NCBI RefSeq assembly: GCF_006345805.1
Contig: NC_043005.1
Span: 97,464,001 to 97,528,000, forward strand
From: Octopus sinensis
Taxonomy: Eukaryota
Reading direction: 5' to 3'
Length of the DNA stretch: 64,000 nt
A program made the translations under genes and the position numbers. The notes below the pieces were generated by a model, which saw only the letters and a program-made list of their open reading frames with translations, was not told the DNA's origin and made no database searches. This document shows, piece after piece, positions 11,807 through 23,400 of this stretch; the stretch's first letter is position 1, and each line of letters starts with the position of its first letter.

Positions 11807-11856
11807 CAAAAACTGTCCGATGAACGGCAACGGGAAACTCAGAGTAACAGGTTTTG
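11807..11856 (+). ncRNA. Minimal type I hammerhead-ribozyme-like motif in a short dispersed repeat
   Basis: caaaaactgt-CCGATGA-acg-gcaa-cgg-GAA-actc-a-gagt-A-acaggttttg: stem I 9/10 bp, core, GNRA-capped stem II, GAAA, palindromic stem III, GUA triplet. Confidence 0.65.
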
Positions 11857-11929
11857 TTGAATTTTCTGCTGCTTTAAATAAAGTATATATGTGTGTGTGT
11901 GTATGTATATATATATGTGTGTGTGTATG

Positions 11930-12205
11930 TGGAGGTGCAATGGCCCAATGGTTAGGGCAGCAGACTCGCGGTTTTGATTCCCAGACCAGCCGTTGTGAGT
12001 GTTTATTGAGCGAAAACACCTAAATCACCATGAGGCTCCGGCAGGGGGTGGTGGCGATCCCTGCTGTACTCTTTCGCCACAACTTTCTCTCACTCTTTCT
12101 TCTGTTGGCCTGCTTGCTCAGCCAGCAGGGTGGCTAAAACAATGCGAAGCGCATTGTGACCAGCGATGTGTAGCAACATCTGATAGCCTGGTCGGTCACG
12201 TGATA
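11930..12205 (+). mobile_element. tRNA-derived SINE (family D)
   Basis: A-box-like tggcccaatggttagg and B-box-like gttttgattccc at the 5' end, then a unique body ending at (AT)n. Confidence 0.6.
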
Positions 12206-12272
12206 TATATATATATATATATGTATGTATATATATAAATATGTATGTATGTATGTATATATATATATATAT

Positions 12273-12670
12273 ACTCTTTACTCTCTTATACTTGTTTCAG
12301 TCATTTGACTGCGGCCATGCTGGAGCACCACCTTTAGTCGATCAAATCGACCCCGGGACTAATTCTTTGTAAGCCCAGTACTTATTCTATCGGTCTCTTT
12401 TGCCGAACAGCTAAGTGACGTAAACACACCAGCATCGGTTGTCAAGCAATGCCAGGGGGACAAACACGGACACACAAACATATACACACACACACATATA
12501 TATATATACGACAGGCTTCTTTCAGTTTCCGTCTACCAAATCCACTCACAAGGCATTGGTCGGCCCGGGGCTATAGCAGAAGACACTTGCCCAAGATGCC
12601 ACGCAGTGGGACTGAACCCGGAATAATGTGGTTGGTTAGCAAACTACTTACCACACAGCCACTCCTGCGC
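12273..12670 (-). mobile_element. Full-length ~390-bp tRNA/CORE-like SINE with internal (TA/CA) microsatellite (family B)
   Basis: tRNA-like head (gtggtaag...gggttcagtcccactgcg) and CORE-like ttgggcaagtgtctt. Other copies: 9575-9740(+), 21770-21930(-), 22170-22560(-), 35795-36100(+), 46396-46790(+), 51436-51590(-), 51700-51845(-), 56265-56670(+), 57130-57500(-), 58900-59280(-), 59300-59450(+), 61895-62250(+). Confidence 0.85.
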
Positions 12671-12673
12671 CTT

Positions 12674-12735
<62 letters not shown>

Positions 12736-12755
12736 ATATATATATGTATGTATAT

Positions 12756-14015
12756 ATACTTTGATACTTTGATAGGTTTCGGCCATGTCTAACTTAATAA
12801 CACCACCTGGTGAAGTCTTTCAAGTCAGAATTTGGGCACTATGGCCCACTCAAGTAGAGAGTTATTGTTTACAGAGACATATCCGGGTGTAGGGGGTTTA
12901 TCCGAGATTTCTTGAAGGAATCTGTCCAAAGACTTCTTGAACCCTATAGGGTCAGTTTCTGTTTTAATGTGTTTTGGTGTAATGTTAAAGAGAGCGGGGC
13001 CAATTGAGGTGAAATAATTGTGCCGTATTGTTGTTATGAGATGAGAGTGCGATTTTTGTTTTGGGCGGATGGCACGGGGCCCAAGCCTTGGATGTACCTT
13101 AAAGGTCATACCAACATCATTTGGGCAATGCTGATGGAATATTTTCCACATCATGCAGATGATGTAGCGCTCACGACGATGTTGGAGAGAATAGAGTTTT
13201 AGCTTCTCTAGTCGACCCCAATAGTCGAGGCCTGTCATGCCATCTATCTTTTTTGTGATTGCCCTTTGAGGTGCTTCAACTTTTATGATACCTTGTATTG
13301 TGTGGGGAGACCACAGTGGACAACAGTATTCAAGGTGGGGTCGGGCAAAAGTGGAGAAGAGAAGGATAATGGTGTGGATATCTCTCGACTGGAAAGTTCT
13401 GAGAATCCAGGAACACATTCTGCGGGCCATGTCAACTTTGGTGTTTATATGAGTGGCCCAGCTTATGTTGTTGTCCACAATTACTCCCAAGTCTCTGATG
13501 TTGTTGGACGCCGCGAGAGTTTCACCTGAAGGAAGGGAGTATGGGAGTTTCAGGGCATCCTCTTTTCCAAAGTGGATTAACTCAAATTCATCCTCGTTCA
13601 GCAGCATATTGTTTTTTTCTGCCCATTGGATAACAGCCAGTAGATCTGACTGAAGGCATGTCCGGTTACTCGCCTCATTTATGACCCTCTGTAGCTTGGA
13701 ATCATCTGCAAAGATTTTTATGTTGCTGTGCTTGATGATGTCATTAATGTCAATGTAGATGATGAAAAGAAGTGGGCCCAGCACAGTGCCTTGCGGAATG
13801 CCACTACAGACTTTGGCTGGGCTTGATTTTACCCCTTCAACTACAACATGTTGAGATCTGTCTGTCAGGAAACACTTGATCCATTTCAGTAACTTTCCAG
13901 AGACACCAATGTTGGATAGTTTTTTCAATAGGATCTTGTGATCGACCCTGTCGAAGGCCTTACTGAAATCAAGGTAGATGACATCGGTGTCGGAGCCCTC
14001 TCCCAAAGCTCTCAA
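12756..14015 (-). mobile_element. 5'-truncated CR1-group LINE with an uninterrupted 396-codon reverse transcriptase/C-terminal ORF (12825-14015)
   Basis: DVIYLDFSKAFDRVDH, SGIPQGTVLGPLLF, FADD, RPHLEYCCPLWSP; short 3'UTR ending in a duplicated 8-bp tail (tatcaaag)2. Confidence 0.93.
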
Positions 14016-14051
14016 AATGTCTGTATGTGTATATATATATATATAAATAAA

Positions 14052-14368
14052 TCTCTCTCTATATAAACGGCAGTTTGTCTGTGCGTGTTTCTGTGTGTCT
14101 GTTTGCTTGTACCCTCACCCTGACCACGGCTTTCAACCGAAAAGTTCCCCCAGTTCTAAAAAAAATCGATAAATTCGACATGGGGTCGAGAATCGGAAAC
14201 ACGAACCACAAACTGTCTAGGGGACGCAACTCCACCTTTTTTAAATCTCAAAAAAAAATTTACCATAATTTTTTTCCATTTTTTTGCTATTTTTTGGCTA
14301 TAACTCTCTAAAAATGCTTTATAGTTATTTCCCTTACAAACCTGAGCAACGCCGGGCGATACTGCTAG
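14052..14368 (+). mobile_element. Non-autonomous Helitron (317 bp)
   Basis: A|TC 5' end at 14052, subterminal imperfect hairpin cctgagcaacgccggg (14341-14356), CTAG|T 3' end at 14365-14369. Confidence 0.75.
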
Positions 14369-14506
14369 TAAATAAATATGTATGTATGTATATATATATA
14401 TATATATAAATAAATATGTATGTATGTGTGTATATATATATATATAAATAAATAAATATATATGTATGTATGTGTGTATATATATATATATTATATAAAT
14501 AAATAT

Positions 14507-14542
<36 letters not shown>

Positions 14543-14568
14543 AATAAATAAATATATATGTATGTATG

Positions 14569-14600
<32 letters not shown>

Positions 14601-14752
14601 TATGTATGTATGTATATATATATATATATAAATAAATAAATATGTATGTATGTATATATATATATAATAAATAAATAATATGTATGTATGTATATATATA
14701 TATATATAAATAAATATGTATGTATGTATATATATATATATAAATAAATATG

Positions 14753-14812
<60 letters not shown>

Positions 14813-14830
14813 TACATGCATACACATACA
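14369..14830. repeat. Compound minisatellite, unit ~aaataaatatgtatgtatg(ta)n, about 10 copies, ending in (TA)n(CA)n
   Basis: Directly visible; source of the YIYIY ORFs. Confidence 0.95.
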
Positions 14831-15613
14831 CATTGCAATATGCCCTCTGCTAGGTGTAAATGTTAATTCTACATTCGAGGAAGTACCACACCCTGAATGT
14901 AGACACTGGACTATTTTTTTGTTGACTTTTCCAAGAGCATAAAGAGAATTTGAACTTTGCACAAAAGCTAATGATTCTTAAGAATAACAAAACGTGCCCT
15001 CTACTTACAGCTGTGAGTTCTATCATATATAAGATGGGTAAGTCTATGAAGAAAGAGAAGGTGCATAAAGAAGTATGGAGAAAAAGAGGGAGAATAAAAG
15101 AAGGGGAATGAGTGAGGGGTAGAGGAAGTGAATAGGGGATACACATGGAGTGGAAACAGTGAACAGATAGTGAAGGAATAGATATAGATGGAGTAAAATA
15201 AATAAGGGGTATAATATAGTGAATGAATACAGAGATAAAATGAATGAAGTGTAGAGGTAGTGAATGGATAGTAAATGAAGGGTAGAGAACAGGGGCAAAG
15301 TTGGTGAATGCAGATAGAGTTACTGAATGTGGGGTAGTAATAGTGAATGAAGAGATAGGGGTAGTAAACAAAGGAATAGAAATAGTGAATGAGAGGTGGG
15401 CAAGATATATAGAAGAATGTAGAAGAGCAATGAATTAGGGAGCAGTAGAGTGAATTAAGGAGTTATATAGTGAATGAGTTGGTAAGGAGAGGAGTGGAGG
15501 GAGGAACCTAGGATGCGTTTTCTGCAGTTATATCAAGTGAAAAAGCATAAAATACTAAGACCAGTGAAATTTGTAAATATATGAATTACATAAATGTTGA
15601 GGAATATACTGAC

Positions 15614-15812
15614 CGAAGAAGCTGTTAAAGGGTTCACAACGACACGATTGACTTCCCGACCAACACTTCCAGGCACACTGGAGACGCTTACTGGGGTAGG
15701 AGGCATGGTGGGACTGACAACTGGAGGTAGTATGCTGGTGGAAGCATTTCCATTGTTTGTTGGAGTACTGGGTGCTGATGGTATGGTTAGTGTGCTTCCT
15801 GGATTACACGAA
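15614..15812 (-). CDS. INIP: INIP coding exon 3, Pro/Ser/Thr-rich linker (SCNPGSTLTIPSAPSTP...VNPLTASS)
   Basis: Acceptor catctttattgtctccttcag|T, donor TCG|gtcagt; 199 nt, open, phase 2 in and phase 0 out, exactly bridging exons 2 and 4. The sequence is low-complexity, so support comes from splice-phase logic rather than homology. Confidence 0.75.
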
Positions 15813-16319
15813 CTGAAGGAGACAATAAAGATGAAACGGTGGGGAAAACCCAGGTAACAGATTTCAAGAATTCAATTTGGAAAGCAAAATTATCAAGTAA
15901 GAAGCAGTGTAGAGTTAGTTCAAAGATTAAATAATATAGATACAACTAATATTCAAAGTGCACAATTAATACATGTAACTATACTGGGATATAACCAAAT
16001 TACAACTCAAGTTTTCTAGTTATTATATTAGAGTATTTATTGTTCAACTCCAGGTTAGCCCTAATCTGGCAAACTTTAGATGAAAGACCTTGAAACTATG
16101 GCTATCCCAGCCTTTCTTGATGCATAATGCATATAGGACTACATTTTCATTTATCTTATATAGCAATTCCTAATGTGGGGAATCACTATATTAGTGGGAC
16201 CTGACAAACTTGTGATGGGGTGTGGGATCCAAAGTTTTTTTTTCTGTGGGACCTGGAGTTGTGAAAATCCTTTTTCCACAGCCTCTTGGTTAAGTCAACC
16301 ACTGCTTGTATAAATCTCT

Positions 16320-16560
16320 GAAGTTCCAATGCAGTTTCAAAATAAGCTATCAGAATTGCAACGTGATGAACCAGTGAATACTTTGCTCGAAATGAAAGGT
16401 ACCGAGATGTGACTATGTGATGAAGTTGAAAAGAAATACCAAATACTGTCTCATTTCCCCATGTCTTTTATTTGGTTGAAAGCAGACTTGAAATTATAAA
16501 AAATGGTGATTTACAGCTGAAGCTAATGAAATCTGCCGTAGTCACCAGGTACAAGGCTCT
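16320..16560 (+). mobile_element. Possible hAT (Charlie/Buster-like) transposase C-terminal relic
   Basis: QNKLSELQRDEP...W-like...KKYQILS..FP..YLVE resembles hAT dimerisation regions; heavily degraded. Confidence 0.3.
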
Positions 16561-17834
16561 CGTTAAAGTGATGTATGCCTTTTGTCTTAGTCAATAATAT
16601 ACTTTTCTTTTTGTATTCAGTACTTAAAAGAGTTACCAGTAGATTCTTTAGTCATCATCATCATTTAGCATGTCTTCCATGCTGGAATCGAATTGTGATA
16701 AAATATTTAAAATAAAGTTATTTTTTATTAATTACTGGTGGGGCATTCATTTTTCTAGAAAGCTATAGCGAGGTCTGGGGGAATATGTTGGAAAACGCTG
16801 GTCTAATGTATTCTCCCTACGATTCGGGAGAATTTGGTTGCGATTTTTGCAGATCAAGCGACTGCATAGATGTTCAATCCATAGTCCATTTATAGGTTGA
16901 AAACGAAAGTTTTTTTCCCTACAATTTCATTTCTATGATATTTCTGTTTCTCAACACAGAGAAGGCTTCTCTGGTCAATGCTATATTTTGGACACATCTG
17001 CACCCTAATAAAGGAAGAAGGTCAATCAACTACATTGATGTTATTAGCAAAAACATCAGGAAATTGAGGGCCAACCGAAGCTAATAGAGGAAATAGTCTT
17101 CAGAATTAATAACTTCCAAGAGTTGTTGCCCTTGTTAGAGTTTACACGGCGTTTCTACGTGGTCGCTCTATTAGCTAGAAATAGCAATCAAATTTCAAAT
17201 TACCTCCATATTAGATAAAACAGAAATTAATAAATCTGAGGAAACTTGCAAAAGTTACTTCCCCTCATTACAGTGTACATTACTGTCAGGACTACTTCCA
17301 CCCGATCGCCCTAATAGCCATTTAACATTACACTAGCTTATATAAAGGAAAATTTGAAACACGAAGTAACGCGCAACAATTATGTCCTTTGTTATAAATT
17401 CACTAACCGCTAGAATACAGGCGCATCTACGTTAGTCGTACTATGTTAGAAATAACAACCAAAATTTCAAATTACACCCTTGCTAGTGTAGGACATACAC
17501 TAAATACTGCAGTAACTGGACGAGAGCGAAATAGTAACAGTTGCAACCATAGAAGTAGATGCGATACGCTGTCCATTCAGCTGGGAATAATTCTTTAATC
17601 TTTTTTCTGCCACAGCAGCTGTAGGGATTTGTTAGTTTTCCCTTGATCTTTTCACCTTTTCTTTATGTTGATCTACATATAATAAATCCATCTTAAAATT
17701 GGATAATGTAGTCCTCCATGATATAAGATGGTACACTCACAGTTTCAATACCTTTGGACATACGTCTATCTGGCCATGTCTGATCTGCGGCTAAACAACC
17801 ACACACCCATTTATATATAAATACACAAACACAC

Positions 17835-18820
17835 ACATCATCATCGTTTAACGTCCGATTTCCGCGCTAGCACAGGTTGGACGGTTCGACCGGGGTCTGG
17901 GAAGCCAGGAGGCTGCACCAGGCTCCAGTCTGATCTGGCAGTGTTTCTACAGCTGGATGCCCTTCCTAACGCCAACCACTCCGTGAGTGTAGGGGGTGCT
18001 TTTTATGTGCCAGGTGAGTCTGGCAGCGGCCACAATCGGTTGGTGCTTTTAACATGCCACCGGCACGGAAGCCAGTCAAGGCGGCGCTGGCATCGGCCAC
18101 GTTCGGATGGTGCTTTTTACGTGCCACTGGCACAGGTATCACAACTACTATTTCCATTGATATTTATTTTGATGTTGGTGTACTTGACTCAATAGGTCTC
18201 CTCAAGCACAGCGGGTTGTTCTGAAATCCAAGGTACTTTGAACGGACAGGGGCTATGCGGAACTGGTGCAGGAAGCAGCCCGGGTCTTTGCAGTCACAGC
18301 ATATCTCCAGAGATCTCGGTCTTTCGTCATTGCCTCTGTGAGGCCCAATGCTCTAAGGTCATGCTTGATTACCTCATCCCATGTCTTCCTGTGTCTACCT
18401 CTCCCCGATACCTTCAATTGTTTGGGAGCGGCATTTCTTCACACATCTCTCCTCATCCATCCACAGTACATGACCATACCATCGCAAGCGTCGCTCTTGC
18501 ACACCACATCTGATGCTTCTTATGTCCAGCATTTCTCTCAGGGTGCTTACACTGTCGTGCGTGCACACTGACATTACACATCCAGCGGATCATGTTAGCT
18601 TCATTTCTTTCAAGTCTACGCATGTCCTCTGCAGTCACAGCCCATGTTTCACTACCGTGAAGCATGGCAGTTCGCACACATGCATCATACAATCTACCTT
18701 TCACTCTGAGCAAGAGACTCTTTGTCGCCAGTAGGGGTAGGAGCTTTCTAAACTTTGCCCAGGCTATTCGTATTCTAGTGGTGATACTCTCTGAGCATCC
18801 ACCTCCACTACTAACTTGGT
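17835..18820 (-). mobile_element. 3' part of an RTE-clade LINE: ORF2 end, 3'UTR and (GAT)n tail
   Basis: KGRLYDACVRTAMLHGSETW...RLRWYGHVL. The 3'UTR (ggcacgtaaaaagcacc modules; ...catggaaaacggacgttaaacgatgatg) is the same sequence that recurs alone as family A. Confidence 0.9.
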
Positions 18821-18863
18821 CACATATATATATATACTTTATTTAAAGCAGCAGAAAATTCAA

Positions 18864-18913
18864 CAAAACCTGTTACTCTGAGCTTCACGTTGCCATTCGT
18901 CGGACAGTTTTTG
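18864..18913 (-). ncRNA. Second copy of the hammerhead-like motif (A15.1>G)
   Basis: Minus strand caaaaactgt-CCGACGA-atg-gcaa-cgt-GAA-gctc-a-gagt-A-acaggttttg, followed by the same ttgaattttctgctgctttaaataaagtata tail as the 11807 copy. Confidence 0.55.
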
Positions 18914-19299
18914 CTATATATATATATATTAGGTTTGTAGATGATGTACAGGTATTATATATTAGAAAAAATAAGGTATCTCTGAGTAAATGAAGCAGTA
19001 ACTAAACTCCAACATTATGGAACAGTCATAACCACAAATACCGTACAAGCACATATTCTGCATGATCCATTTCTGTTTTAGTTCTTGAGATCATTGCTTA
19101 TAAAGTGAAACAAAAAACCCAATTTTGTTGTCACTTTATAAGATAAATACACACACATTCAAATTATGCAATAAAAGCAGCTCTAGATTAAAATCTTTTT
19201 ATATTCTTAACCTATGTTGACTACTGAAAGACAAACTGCTGCAGTTTTCATCCAGGAAACTATCCCCACCCTTTATAAACATAATATGTTACATACATA

Positions 19300-19329
19300 T
19301 ATACATGCGTGTATATATATATATATACA

Positions 19330-19363
<34 letters not shown>

Positions 19364-19455
19364 CATGTGTGTGTGTATATATATATACATGTGTGTGTGT
19401 GTGTATATATATATATATACATGTGTGTGTGTGTGTGCATATATATTTATATATA
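19300..19455. repeat. Tandem (TA)n-CA-(TG)n compound repeat, about 5 units
   Basis: atatatatacatgtgtgtgtg repeated. Confidence 0.9.
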
Positions 19456-20312
19456 TATGTAGGGGAGAATTCACGAAAAAACCCCAAAAAACGAAGACAG
19501 GTGGTGTAGAAAGCAAACAGATGTATTAGTATAACGCTCAGGAAGTGAAAAAGTCTTTTATGCTCTTCCACAGAAAGGAACGCAGAAAGAAACAAGGGTC
19601 ACACAGGAGAGCGAAGAAGTAGGGGATACACGCATAATATATAAGCACAAACATGGACAACACAAACACAGAATGTCGCCAAATCCTCTTCAGTTATCAT
19701 GTAAAGGATCACAGCAATTTGATGCCTTTAACGATAATATTGATCCTCTTTGGTGGCGTCCGCTATAAGTTGTCGTTGGGAAATAAATAGTGAGCAAACA
19801 TAACAAAATCTTTTCTACTAAAGGCACAAGGCCTGAAATTTTATAGTTGGATAGTCAATTACATGCTGACCTATAATAATAAAACAATTTTACATGAAAC
19901 TAAAGAATTACTGAGAGTTATTGAATAGTTTTTGTAGAGCACATCTCCTTTATACTTTTATAAGAGTGTGGCAATGACTTTGAAGGTTCAGCCTTCATCA
20001 ATCTGATGAAGCATTTCTAAACTTAAATGATTTGCATGATTCTTGCATAAGATATACTTTAAGTTTTAACGCACAACCGCAGATCAAATCATTTTTGAAA
20101 CAAGTACAACTATGAAGTATAGATATAATAGATTAGGACCTTTACTAATTAGGTTTAATTAAACAGTAACTAGTCTGACTGAGTAACAAATTTTGTCTTT
20201 TTTCCTTTTCTTGTTAAGTACAAAAATGCATATATATATATGCACTTAAATACCAGATAATCCTTAATTAGTCGATAGATTTAAAAGAAGTGATGAGATG
20301 GTAATTACTTAC

Positions 20313-20324
20313 TTGCTGCTGCTG

Positions 20325-20373
<49 letters not shown>

Positions 20374-20454
20374 CTTGGTTATGTTGAGCCTGCATACGAA
20401 GTAGCTTCTTTTTCTCTTCTAATTGCTCTAATAGCTGTTTCCGGTTAGCTCGTT
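20313..20454 (-). CDS. INIP: INIP coding exon 2 (ERANRKQLLEQLEEKKKLLRMQAQHNQG + Ser19)
   Basis: Acceptor ctctttttgtctttctag|AA, donor AA|gtaagt; 142 nt = 2+138+2. Matches the SOSS-C N-terminal helix (human NRVAILAELDKEKRKLLMQ, recalled). Confidence 0.88.
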
Positions 20455-23400
20455 CTAGAAAGACAAAAAGAGAAATGATTCCAATAAATGAACTTTTTCT
20501 CAGGATGAACAATATTAGAAATGATGATTAGCTTGTGATGGCCCTCAATAAGCACAGGATTGGAGTGGAAATAAAATGTTAGTCATGGGTGTGTGGTTTT
20601 GAGTTCACTTTCACCGTGCAGCACTTTGCGCAAGTGCTTCTTCTATTACTCCGGAGTCGAACAATAGTTTAATTTGGTAAATGGAAAATGTGTGTGTGTA
20701 TCATCATCATTTAATGCCTGTGTTCCATACTAGCATGGGTGGAACAGTACCACAAGGGCTGGCTTGGCCAAAGCCTGCACCAGACATCTGTGACTGTTTT
20801 GGCAGGACTATGCATAAAAAGTTAAAGAGAGCTGGCCAAGGATGGAATGTCTTTAATCATATATCTACCCAACTAAAGCTGGAATGGCAACATATGCTTG
20901 AAAGGTCTTCACATGTTGAATACTGACTCAAAGAATTATTGGACATCACTTCAAATACAGATGTTATTTGTGATTGACATGTCAGGAATTACCAATATAA
21001 CTTCAACACTTTAGCAGAGAAAGAGACGCCAGGAAGGCCATTCAGAAGTCTCGCCCAGCATGGATGTTTATTGCAGTGTTCTTTTACATCATGTGATTTA
21101 TGATTCAACAAATACACACCAATAATATAAGTACCAAATTGAAAAAAAAGAGCACAGGGATTCAGTAACTAAAACCCAGAAAAGAGAGAAGTAAACCACA
21201 ATAAAGGAGAGAATTGGGCAACGGTGGAGTAAAAAAAAAAAAAAAAATACCATAAGTGGAGAGGAAGGATTAGAGAGTGTGAAGAGCAAGGATTAAGAAA
21301 GTCTGATGGGACCAGGATAAGATTAAATACATTCATTTTCAATTTGTCACATGGCTCAAGATTAACTGCTGAAGGAATAACATTTTGGAGATGTGTAAAG
21401 TTTTGTACAGGAATCAAAGGTGAAAGCAAAATCTTAAACAATGACAGGAGAATTATTAGTGATGGCCTGCATCATCAGTATGAGCCAAATTGTCAAATAA
21501 GGAAAAAGTGTATAATGATGCAATTATCATCATCATCATTGATTTCACATCCATTTTTCCATGCTTAGCTTGCATGGAATTTTGTAGGGGTTTATTTTCT
21601 AAGGCTGAATGCTCTTCTTGTTACCCACCTTCATATGTTGTTTCCAAGTAATGTAATCTTAATATTTTGCCAAGACCAGTCAAGGGAGATTGGAAACAAG
21701 GGACATTATTTGCATGATGGGGACTCATTTACAACTACCACATGATGTCAAGACAAAGAGACAATAACGCACACACACAACGGGCTTCTTTCAGTTTCCA
21801 TCTACCAAACCTACTGACAAGGCTTTGATCAACCTTGGCTACCGTAGAAGGCACATGCCCAAAGTGCCAAGCAGTGGAACTGAACCTGGAACCATGTAGT
21901 TGGAAGCAAACTTCTTATCACACAGCCATGCCTCCATTTCCAGAACCACTGGAAATTTGTTCTCCAGTCACACATAAACAAACTCATACACTTGACTTCA
22001 GCAAAGCCCATAGACAGACAATAGCTTCACAAAAGGGCTGTGGTACAGTCACTTGACTGGCAAGAAACAGCATATGAAAGATATACGCACACACATATCA
22101 GCAAGAACGGCAGCAAACTGGTGTTTTTCAAACAAAAATAGCTCAAAGTATTGATTCTGCTAAAGTTACAATGATACTTGCTTGTCTCTCTCTTACCACT
22201 GGGAATGCAGCCCATGCTGGGGCACTGCACTGAAAGGTTTACTTGAACAAATTGACCCCAGTACTTACTTTTTAAAGTCCAGTACTTATTCTATCGGTCT
22301 CTTATGCTAAACAGCTAAGTTACAGCAATGTAAACACACCCACTTTGGTTGTCAAGTGGTGATGGGTGACAAACACAGACACACGCACATATATACACAC
22401 ACATATGATGGGCCTCTTTCAGTTTTGATCTATCAAATCCATTCACAAAGTTTTGGTTGGCCTGGAGATATAGTACAAGAGGCTTGCCCAAGGTGCCATG
22501 CAGTGGGACTGAACCTGAAACCATGTGGTTGGAAAGCAAACTTCTCAACTCCAACAGCCATGCTTGCCCTTGTCGAAAATTTAATAACTAACAATGCTGT
22601 TGTTCACACAATGCAAATATCATCATCACCATCATTTAATGTCTATTTTCCATGCTGGCATGGGTGGACAGGAGCTGGTAAGGCCAGGTGCTGCGCCAGG
22701 TTCCAGAGTCTGTTTTGGCTTGGTTTCTATGGCTGGGTGCCCTTCTTAATGGTGCTTTTTTACGAGGCACCAGCATTGGTGTTTTTTACATATCACCAAT
22801 ACAGGTGCCAGTTGTGGGACACCAGTATCTGCCATGACTACAATTTCACTTGGCTTGATGGATCTTCTCAAGCATGGCAAATCGTTAAGGGTCTTGGTCA
22901 TTTGTCATTACCTCTGTGAAGCCCAACACTCGAATGATGCTTTTTACTTGGCACCAGCACTGACAGGATCACCAACTATCTTGTAAGAACCCTTCAAATG
23001 GGATGCGGGAGGTGAGCAGAACTGAAGGAGTGTGGCTTTGTGCCAGTTGGAAAACAAAGGAGAGCGAGTTAAGAGAGTAAGATAAAGGGAATGCTAGTGA
23101 GAGAGATGATGGCAGGGATGTGTAAGGACATGCCCTCAAGGAACATATTGGGAGTGGTGAGAATAGGTGAGGTGATATAGGGGCTTAGGCTGGCTGAGTG
23201 GACGGGAAGAGGTGACTGTAGCAAATGATGGAGAGAAATATAGGAAAGGCTCGAGGAGGGGGGGGCAGGGATTGCAGTAGGTATGTGAAGGCGCTGAGGG
23301 TGATGGCATATAAGTGAGAAGTTGATGATGGATAGCAACAGAGAGTGAGGAGAGAAGGTGCAGAAAGGAGGCCAGTAGCGGAGGCAGAGTAAGAGGAGGA

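Noticed and set aside
14156-14962. Long YIYI/THTH-rich ORFs here and at 12449-12786, 19214-19595, 40928-41332 and 58862-59251
   Set aside because: Translations of (TA)n/(CA)n microsatellites.
19455-19790. Penelope-pLTR-like repeat possibly containing hammerheads (minus strand ctgtggaagagc.., ctgaagagga..)
   Set aside because: No GAAAC half or stems remain in this copy, so a ribozyme cannot be supported.
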